A stretch of DNA of 44,860 nt, from the IMG/VR virus record IMGVR_UViG_3300044210_000052, positions 1 to 44,860 of that record. The stretch is one strand, 5' to 3'. The notes beneath the pieces were generated by a model that ran no database searches, was not told the origin of the DNA, and saw nothing but the letters and a program-made list of their open reading frames with translations. This DNA is from a virus. Lineage: Duplodnaviria; Caudoviricetes. Positions 38,334 through 44,860 of the stretch are shown here, one piece after another. Both the position numbers and the translations under genes were made by a program. Positions within the stretch are counted from its first letter, which is position 1. Each line of letters starts with the position of its first letter.

Positions 38334-39335
38334 TCAAGCGAATTCACTCGGCGCCAACATCATCGTGGCACCCGCCTTGTGCCTCGCAAAGCATATCTGG
38401 CAGGCAACATGACCCCGGATGCAGGTACGCTTTCCCTCCACCGGCCCGTGGCAGAAGCGGCACCAGGAGCTCCGCTCGAGGTAGAGCTGCCGCTGACGCT
38501 CCACGGACTTGGGCGTGTGCTGGCGGCCGAGCGCCGCCGCGGAAAGCCTCTGGCGCGTTTTGTCGGAGAGCTCGCGGGAGAGCACCCTCTCCCGGTACTC
38601 CGGATCCTGCCAGAGCGCCCTGGAGGCGGTCGAGATCTTGGCGCGGACCTCGGGGCGCCGGGAAGCAGCAGCGACTGCGGTCTTCTTACGCTTCTGAAGC
38701 TGTTCGTCTTCTAAAGCCGCCCGATTCGCCGCTACAATCTTCGCGCGCACCTCAGGCCTGGCGAGGGTCTCCTGCACGGAACCAGAGATTCGGGATCGGT
38801 AGGCGGGATCCTCGTGGAGCTCCAGGTGTTTGGCCTTCACCTCGGGCCTTGCCATAGCTGCCTTGGTCGCTGCCGAGCTCCTGGCCTTAGACTCCGGTGT
38901 AGCACGAGTGGCCTTCACCTTGGCCATGGCCTGCGGGGTGAAACAACACCTGATGTTCTGGGACATCTTAGCTCGATAGGCTGGATCATCCCAGGGGTTA
39001 CGGTGCAGAAGGTGAGGCTGCGAGCCCCCTCCCTTTGTGAGGTTGAAGCCCCTGGCAGGGTCTTGAGTGCCAAAGTGCTCTATCCAATACCGTTCCGCAG
39101 CATTGGCCTCCTCCAAAGTCCCATAAATCTGGAGGACTTCGTGAGTAAAGGCCTCCTTGCCATATTTCCGAATGGCATTTGCAAAGTGCGACCATCCACG
39201 CTCCCGCTTCGCCGCAGAGTTTACGTGCTGATGCCAGCGCTGCATCATGGTCTTCTTAGTCAGACCAATATATCGACGCCTAGAATCAATGTGGATATGG
39301 CAATAGATTATCCACCTGGTAGGAGATTGTTCCAT
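38334..39335 (-). CDS. Free-standing GIY-YIG homing endonuclease with NUMOD3-like helical repeats and C-terminal Cys cluster
   Basis: WIIYCHIH...RYIGLT...RWHQH...AIRKYG...AERYWI...GFNLTKGG; repeats of type xPExRAKIS; CRFC...C...CQIC at the C-terminus; visibly GC-richer than neighbouring genes. Confidence 0.85.
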   Translation of the reverse strand: MEQSPTRWIIYCHIHIDSRRRYIGLTKKTMMQRWHQHVNSAAKRERGWSHFANAIRKYGKEAFTHEVLQIYGTLEEANAAERYWIEHFGTQDPARGFNLTKGGGSQPHLLHRNPWDDPAYRAKMSQNIRCCFTPQAMAKVKATRATPESKARSSAATKAAMARPEVKAKHLELHEDPAYRSRISGSVQETLARPEVRAKIVAANRAALEDEQLQKRKKTAVAAASRRPEVRAKISTASRALWQDPEYRERVLSRELSDKTRQRLSAAALGRQHTPKSVERQRQLYLERSSWCRFCHGPVEGKRTCIRGHVACQICFARHKAGATMMLAPSEFA

Positions 39336-39374
39336 AGAGGAACCCTACCAGGTGGATGAATCCCAAATCCGGCC

Positions 39375-42300
39375 CTATGACCGGACGCGCACGTTAAATA
39401 CGCAGACAATATATTCTAGAGGGAATACCGGCACATAGATAGCTGATGCACGCAAAATGGTTGGATCATTATCATCCACTGTGACCTCAATAGCCGAAAC
39501 TTGGTTCACGATGGTCTGATCAATGAGCTGCGAAAACACGCCGCGCATCGCGCTCTCAATTGACTTGATAAGCGTCCCGGTCAGCTTCTGTCCGATAAAC
39601 GGATCAAGAGATCGCCGGGTCATCTGCTGCACGTATTGGATTGTTAAGATAACAGATGGCGTCCTCATGATAACCGAGGACACATTTGTTGTCAGGCCAT
39701 GCCGAATGCGGATACCAGCACCATATTGTTCAAAGATCGAGACACCGTTTACGGCAATCTGATTAGCCTCGGTCGGATCAAGGAATCTACCAAGCTGCTT
39801 AAACCCAACAATTTGACGTCGAGTGAGAGGCATTGCCACGTCAAATGCTGGGTTAGTAAGTGACCCAGATAGAGCTGCTGCAGCATATGAACCATCCACG
39901 AGCTGATCCACCGAGTTTCCTTGTAGATCCGCAACGCTAACCACATATGAATCCGGATAGGTCACAATCATGACCTCAGAATTCAAACCCTGAGCAACAG
40001 CCTGGACACCGAGCGGTGAAGTTCCAGCGGCAACACCAACGACGCCAATGCGTTCACCTTCCTGACGCGGAGTGCCCATGAAAATACAATGTTGATTCAA
40101 ATAGGCAAACACTTGCGGATCAGTTGTAAGTGGAACAATCACATCTGGTTTCACAGAACCAGAAACCGGCTTCCTTTGCTCATCAATAGCCAGCGCATAA
40201 GATGCTGCAGAAGCTTGCGAGGATCCGGTAGCACGCAGGACCTGCTTAAGACCAACAATGACTGCACCATTAAGTTGTGCAAGCCGAGCACCAAGTGATA
40301 ATGGGTTGTCCGGTGTTGGATTTCCGAAGGCCTGTTGGATCTTGCGCGAATCACGGAAGAGTTGTGTTGATAAATCAGTCTTTGTGTATTCATATGAAAC
40401 ATAATACACATCACCAATAGCTGGCTCAGCTCCGCTACGCGGGTAAGTTGTTATGAGCGCCGTTGTACCATATGCGGTATTAACGGTGTTATACACACTA
40501 AGCTGCAGTCCAGGGATCGCAAGAGTCGCCAGATCCGCTGTAAATGTCTGCCCCACAATGAGCGTGAACTTACCACCATCGTCATAATCACCAGCGTCGG
40601 GCGGCAGAATCGTGAACCTAAGTCCTGTAGTAGCATCGGTGTAGGTCTGCCCAGGGAATCCAGTCCCATGAGAACCAAGAAGACCTTGACTAGATGCGAC
40701 CTGGAAGCCTGCACGGGCAGGCTCACCTACATCACCACTTGTTCCCGGCACAATTCCAAGCCCGGTATCTGTAACAAATGCTGTGTTTGCAACTGCAGTA
40801 AACGCAAGTGTTGATCCAGAACCAACTGATAGCGAGTCAATCCGAAGATACCCACCAAGACCCTGTACTGAAATGGCCCATGCAACTGCTACAGCTGCAA
40901 AATCTGTATCAGCATTAAGAGCACCAGCGAGCGCGGCAGATGTTGGCTGCAAACGTTGGTAAGCACCGCCCGAGGTCAGACCAAGTAGATCGTTGGCCGT
41001 ACCTGTGGATTTAACCACAATCTGGGACCCCACAGTATTGATACGGGACATGAGTACCAGCTGGTCAGCATAGTATCCCAGACCAGTATGTGCAATTATC
41101 TCGGTCATCGAGGCAGTTACGCTATTGGTCCCATCATTGGTCCCGTGGACATGATATGCACCCTGGGTCTGTATACGGTGCGCATTATAGGACCCGTTAG
41201 TGGTAGCATAACTAATGGCGTTCGCCAACGCGATCACTGACGGCAACGAAGCTGCAGATGCATTTGCAGTCGTGATTGTGTTCGTAACATCATTCACAAC
41301 GTGAACGCCGGATTGTACGAAGTGCAAGTTCAGCTTCGCTTTCATTTCATTAAGCGAAGCTGCTGAGTTCGTATACGGGCCACCCCCAGAATCTGGAGCA
41401 GGCACTACCACCAGTGTATTAACCGTATCATTTATTAGATGAACGCCGGCCGTAAGATAGTGGGCATTGATCTGAGTATATAGATCTGCGATCAAGGCCT
41501 CAGCCGAAGATTGATCAGACGCAATAGTCAGCGTCTCGATGTTGGTCGTGTCGTTATGACCATGGACACTGGTCTGGACGCGATGCAAATTGTATAGACG
41601 CTTGACCTCATTCGCCAAATGAACAGTTGTCTGCAAATCAATGGCATCAGTTGCTGATACAGTGTTCACTGTGTCATTAACCTGATGCACACCGGTCTGT
41701 AAATAATGCAGATTTAGTTTCGTTTTAATCTCGTTAGCAAGAGCTATCGATGTCGCAAGATCAGATGCCGTACCGCTGATAATATTCGTACCATCTGCGG
41801 CCACATGGAAGGTCGTCGACACACGATGCAAGTTATACCCGGTTTTGACTGCATTCAAGAGAGTAATTACGTTCGCAAGGTAAGTCGCGGCATCCGTAGA
41901 GCTCATCGACGGCACATAAGCATCGTTGATGGCTGTAACCACATCATTCAGCGGGACTGCAGCACCTGCAGGCAACACAGTTGTAACGTCCACGCCATCC
42001 ACGTTTAATTCAAGTCGATCATTAACACCAGCCGTAATTGCAAACGGCGCATCCATCGTACCAATGGTCGTTGCCGGTTGGTTAATTGCGCTATACGACC
42101 CGATTGCAGACATATTCGGCGCAAGCCCACATGTAACGGAACCGTCGGTCTGCCCAGAACCAACAGGGATCTGAACCAAGACACGGGATAGTAACCCATT
42201 CGTTGATGATGGTACGCCGCGAGCCCGAATCTTAAGAACACGCTGTGATCCATAAATAACTGTCGACGCAAGTGTATTCGGGGCGCTTGCGGCGAAGGTT

Positions 42301-44459
42301 CCAGACCCATCAGGATGGGTCTGAGTATCTGCATCCACCACAGCATTGATTGCTGTTGCCAGACCAGCCACGGTAGTAACACCAGAAAGAGCAACCGCGG
42401 CCAGGGTCACGCCGTCTATGACAAGCTGCAGATAGTCAGTTGCCAAAAACGCTAGAGGCTCAGTCAAGGGCGAACCAAGCAACTGTGCCCGATATGCCGT
42501 TGAAAGATCTACGCTGCTGCCGGTGATAAGAGTTCCGTCAACTCTAATTCCACCGAAGTTTCGGGTGGCATTGTAGATGTCATATGGTTCCTGACCAGGC
42601 GTCGAGAATGACGCATGAGTGGCCGGATCAAGCGACTGCAGGAAGGTCACCATAACAGTCTCGGCCACAGGGTTTCCGGCGCCAGTCAAAATTGCATCCG
42701 GGAAATTTTCGGCACCTGAAGGCCACTGAATAATCTTTGAAAGACCCGACTTCACACCAAACTTCACACCGTATAGAAGCGTACCGGTGAGTTGAGATTC
42801 TAGTGTATAAGTACCAGTCCCAGACGGTCCAGGAGTCACAACTGATGCCGTAACAACATCATCCTGCAGACGGTTATACCAGAACGTAGCATATGCATTA
42901 TAATCCGCCGGAACTGGATCGCGCAGAGTAAATGTATTGTTTGCCGAGTCAACCTCGAGCACTGCTACAGGCGGTCGGGCTGCTGCGTCGCGCCAAGTCT
43001 TACCAACGTGAACGACTACAAGATCGGGACGGTTTGTCGGGAGATCAATACGTCCATTAGTAACCGTTTGGTAGAGCGAGGTACCAAGTGGCGTGTCACG
43101 GCCGTTACCCGTTGTGGGCTTAAGCGGCATAACGAATTTGGTCGTGATAATTGTTGAAGTCGTCGGATCCGTATACCTATCACATTGGACACCAAAGATA
43201 CGATCATCTACAAGCATGCCAGCGATCTGTGTGGAATCCAAAGGCACGAGGCCCGTTTTGACACCAGGTCGAACCTGAAATGCCGAGCCCCACTGGATTT
43301 TGGACTGATCGCTGTCGTTGACTACGACAAAATCTATACCATTGATGTAATCGCGACGCCCAGGTCCGATACCAACATCGCCTACAGTTATAATATTGCT
43401 GTTTGGCAAATAGTCAAATGTATCCTGGAATGTATTGAACCAGTAAGCAACCGTGACAGTTTGCCCATCCCGTGGAGCAACACCTAGTGTAACAAGTCGG
43501 TTCGTACCGTCCACCGCAGTTGCAAGCACCTGTTGGCCATCGACCAGCACAGTAACTTTAGATGGATCAGTGGTCGTAATACCGCCGTCCGAACCATCGA
43601 CAATCGGACCTTGAAAAGTGCGGAACGATTTAGCACGATTGGTGTAGTCACCCGGACTGAACCCGAGTGCACCGTTAGCATTGCCGGATCCAATTCGGAT
43701 ATTTCCGGTAGCGCTCAGTTGCACATGATTCTGACCATTAGCATCAATATGTACTGAAGCAGTGAGCCCAGGAATTGCAGCTGCATTGATATTTGCAGCC
43801 ACATCAGATGCTGGTCGGGCTGCACCTGCCGCAAGCACAACTGTCGCAGCAACAGTACCATCATTGACAGTAAGCACAAATGTGTCGCTAGTACCTGCAA
43901 CTACTGTATAATTTTCCGCCTTTGGAGCCACCAAAACCGCAACACCCCTGGTAACTTGTGCAGTCAGGTTATCAGTGGTCCGGGTGTCCTTGCGGTGGAA
44001 GTAATAATTCACCGTAACATGTGCATCCGTCGCTGGCGGAATAAGCAAAGACACGAGTCCATTGGTCCCGTCGACTGCTGTCACCACAACCTGTTGTCCG
44101 TTTACTGACGCCGAGACCTTTGTTATGTCATATGTGGTGAGGCCACGGCCTGTACCATCCACAATCGGCCAATTACGCACACGGAACTGCGTCTTGCTAC
44201 CATCTTGCGCCCCCAAAGTTGGATTTTGCGGTGTCCCACCTGACACCCAACGCCCAGCGGTATCTTCGCCAAAAATCGGTGTATCAGCAAGACTGCTTGA
44301 TCCACGAATAATCTCGAAATTAGTCTGGGCCAACGTCTCTTTACCGACGCCAATCAAGACCGGCACACGCAGGGCGCCTAGAAGTTGTCCAACTGCGGGC
44401 TCAACCGTGGTCTGAGTGCTAACACCAGGTGGCGCGTAGGTGCTGTACGGTCCGATCAT
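39375..44459 (-). CDS. Giant contractile tail sheath protein with multiple inserted domains
   Basis: Sheath-type N-terminus YAPPGVSTQT...RVPVLIGVG and C-terminal domain (HCIFM...ERIGVVG...AAALSG...PLTRRQIVGF...NGVSIFEQ...IRIRHGLTT...FIGQK...YVPVFPLEYIVCVF). Confidence 0.88.
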   Translation of the reverse strand: MIGPYSTYAPPGVSTQTTVEPAVGQLLGALRVPVLIGVGKETLAQTNFEIIRGSSSLADTPIFGEDTAGRWVSGGTPQNPTLGAQDGSKTQFRVRNWPIVDGTGRGLTTYDITKVSASVNGQQVVVTAVDGTNGLVSLLIPPATDAHVTVNYYFHRKDTRTTDNLTAQVTRGVAVLVAPKAENYTVVAGTSDTFVLTVNDGTVAATVVLAAGAARPASDVAANINAAAIPGLTASVHIDANGQNHVQLSATGNIRIGSGNANGALGFSPGDYTNRAKSFRTFQGPIVDGSDGGITTTDPSKVTVLVDGQQVLATAVDGTNRLVTLGVAPRDGQTVTVAYWFNTFQDTFDYLPNSNIITVGDVGIGPGRRDYINGIDFVVVNDSDQSKIQWGSAFQVRPGVKTGLVPLDSTQIAGMLVDDRIFGVQCDRYTDPTTSTIITTKFVMPLKPTTGNGRDTPLGTSLYQTVTNGRIDLPTNRPDLVVVHVGKTWRDAAARPPVAVLEVDSANNTFTLRDPVPADYNAYATFWYNRLQDDVVTASVVTPGPSGTGTYTLESQLTGTLLYGVKFGVKSGLSKIIQWPSGAENFPDAILTGAGNPVAETVMVTFLQSLDPATHASFSTPGQEPYDIYNATRNFGGIRVDGTLITGSSVDLSTAYRAQLLGSPLTEPLAFLATDYLQLVIDGVTLAAVALSGVTTVAGLATAINAVVDADTQTHPDGSGTFAASAPNTLASTVIYGSQRVLKIRARGVPSSTNGLLSRVLVQIPVGSGQTDGSVTCGLAPNMSAIGSYSAINQPATTIGTMDAPFAITAGVNDRLELNVDGVDVTTVLPAGAAVPLNDVVTAINDAYVPSMSSTDAATYLANVITLLNAVKTGYNLHRVSTTFHVAADGTNIISGTASDLATSIALANEIKTKLNLHYLQTGVHQVNDTVNTVSATDAIDLQTTVHLANEVKRLYNLHRVQTSVHGHNDTTNIETLTIASDQSSAEALIADLYTQINAHYLTAGVHLINDTVNTLVVVPAPDSGGGPYTNSAASLNEMKAKLNLHFVQSGVHVVNDVTNTITTANASAASLPSVIALANAISYATTNGSYNAHRIQTQGAYHVHGTNDGTNSVTASMTEIIAHTGLGYYADQLVLMSRINTVGSQIVVKSTGTANDLLGLTSGGAYQRLQPTSAALAGALNADTDFAAVAVAWAISVQGLGGYLRIDSLSVGSGSTLAFTAVANTAFVTDTGLGIVPGTSGDVGEPARAGFQVASSQGLLGSHGTGFPGQTYTDATTGLRFTILPPDAGDYDDGGKFTLIVGQTFTADLATLAIPGLQLSVYNTVNTAYGTTALITTYPRSGAEPAIGDVYYVSYEYTKTDLSTQLFRDSRKIQQAFGNPTPDNPLSLGARLAQLNGAVIVGLKQVLRATGSSQASAASYALAIDEQRKPVSGSVKPDVIVPLTTDPQVFAYLNQHCIFMGTPRQEGERIGVVGVAAGTSPLGVQAVAQGLNSEVMIVTYPDSYVVSVADLQGNSVDQLVDGSYAAAALSGSLTNPAFDVAMPLTRRQIVGFKQLGRFLDPTEANQIAVNGVSIFEQYGAGIRIRHGLTTNVSSVIMRTPSVILTIQYVQQMTRRSLDPFIGQKLTGTLIKSIESAMRGVFSQLIDQTIVNQVSAIEVTVDDNDPTILRASAIYVPVFPLEYIVCVFNVRVRS
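41115..41890 (-). repeat. Six tandem ~41-50-aa His/Asp/Asn repeats inside the sheath protein
   Basis: Consensus LANExKxx(Y/L)N(L/A)H-x6-H-x3-D-x2-N, e.g. YNLHRVSTTFHVAADGTN and LNLHYLQTGVHQVNDTVN. Confidence 0.85.
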
Positions 44460-44565
44460 TTGGAAATCCCTTTCTCTATAGTCTCATCAGCAGAAGTCTA
44501 ACTAGGTATCTAGTATCTAGTAGGGCGGAAACAACCGCAACCTTAGTTTATGTATCCACGTATGT

Positions 44566-44860
44566 GTGCTGGGGATTCAGTTCGATCCCGTCACAAGGAG
44601 CTTAGGCTTGACACTTACTGTGCTAAATAATCAGTCTGTCCCAGATAACTTAGGATCAAAACAGTTGGTTCAGTTCAGGTGTGACTGTGGCAAGATCACA
44701 GAGAAGATCTGGAAAAACTATGCCACCGGCCACACGACCTCATGTGGTCAATGCAATTTATTGACGGCCGATCATTTCAAAACAGCTAAATACGGCAAGC
44801 TCCGGATGAAAGATCCTCAGGTAGTCAGTCGAGGATCACATAAAAAAGTAGTCTGGATTT
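44566..44860 (+). CDS. Zn-ribbon-repeat family copy 7, N-terminal part only (runs off the window; start uncertain)
   Basis: The frame is open after TAG 44521: ...LGSKQLVQFRCDCGKITEKIWKNYATGHTTSCGQCNLLTADHFKTAKYGKLRMKDPQVVSRGSHKKVVWI. Divergent from the sheath gene. Confidence 0.75.
   Translation, partial: MLGIQFDPVTRSLGLTLTVLNNQSVPDNLGSKQLVQFRCDCGKITEKIWKNYATGHTTSCGQCNLLTADHFKTAKYGKLRMKDPQVVSRGSHKKVVWI

Noticed and set aside
1575-39377. Frequent TAG stops, raising the possibility of stop-codon reassignment
   Set aside because: Genes are full length and densely packed under the standard code, and TAG falls at natural protein ends such as sheath, tube and TMP.
633-44415. Many plus-strand ORFs in the track (e.g. 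633..1196, 5210..5887, 14415..14975, 28622..29332, 38111..38857)
   Set aside because: They lie antisense to longer motif-bearing genes; their PQSH/LHLPQ repeats are just the reverse complement of the CDCG/CGKC codons.
4951-44459. Bacterial eCIS, tailocin or T6SS locus rather than phage
   Set aside because: No bacterial genes or membrane complex, and the heavy load of free-standing endonucleases and giant structural genes fits a large phage. Not fully excluded, because capsid and terminase genes are not in the window.
44495-44523. gtatcta tandem duplication upstream of the sheath gene
   Set aside because: Only about two units; could be promoter-related but there is no supporting evidence.

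Overview
The window is the contractile-tail morphogenesis region of a large (probably jumbo-class) myophage; no host housekeeping, rRNA, tRNA or CRISPR sequence is visible. The structural genes lie on the minus strand in this order: a giant 1694-aa sheath, a GIY-YIG/AAA-ATPase/hypothetical block, tube, two probable assembly chaperones, tape measure, two tube-initiator-like paralogues (one apparently fused to a muramidase-like domain), baseplate hub, central spike, and large baseplate/fibre-like proteins. The most striking feature is a gene family present seven times (4 complete, 2 cut by the window edges, 1 internally deleted), inserted in either orientation at many tail-gene junctions and filling roughly 10 kb. 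Each complete member has a variable array of 3-6 ~60-aa Cys4 zinc-ribbon repeats, a Vsr/DUF559-like (Hef-like) endonuclease domain, and a C-terminal domain resembling Mom/GNAT DNA-modifying acyltransferases. The arrays show recent 180-bp-period duplication with a conserved scaffold and variable intervening positions. My inference is a modular, re-targetable selfish nuclease, possibly a single-chain cut-and-protect system. All functional calls come from motif recognition by eye, not from database searches.
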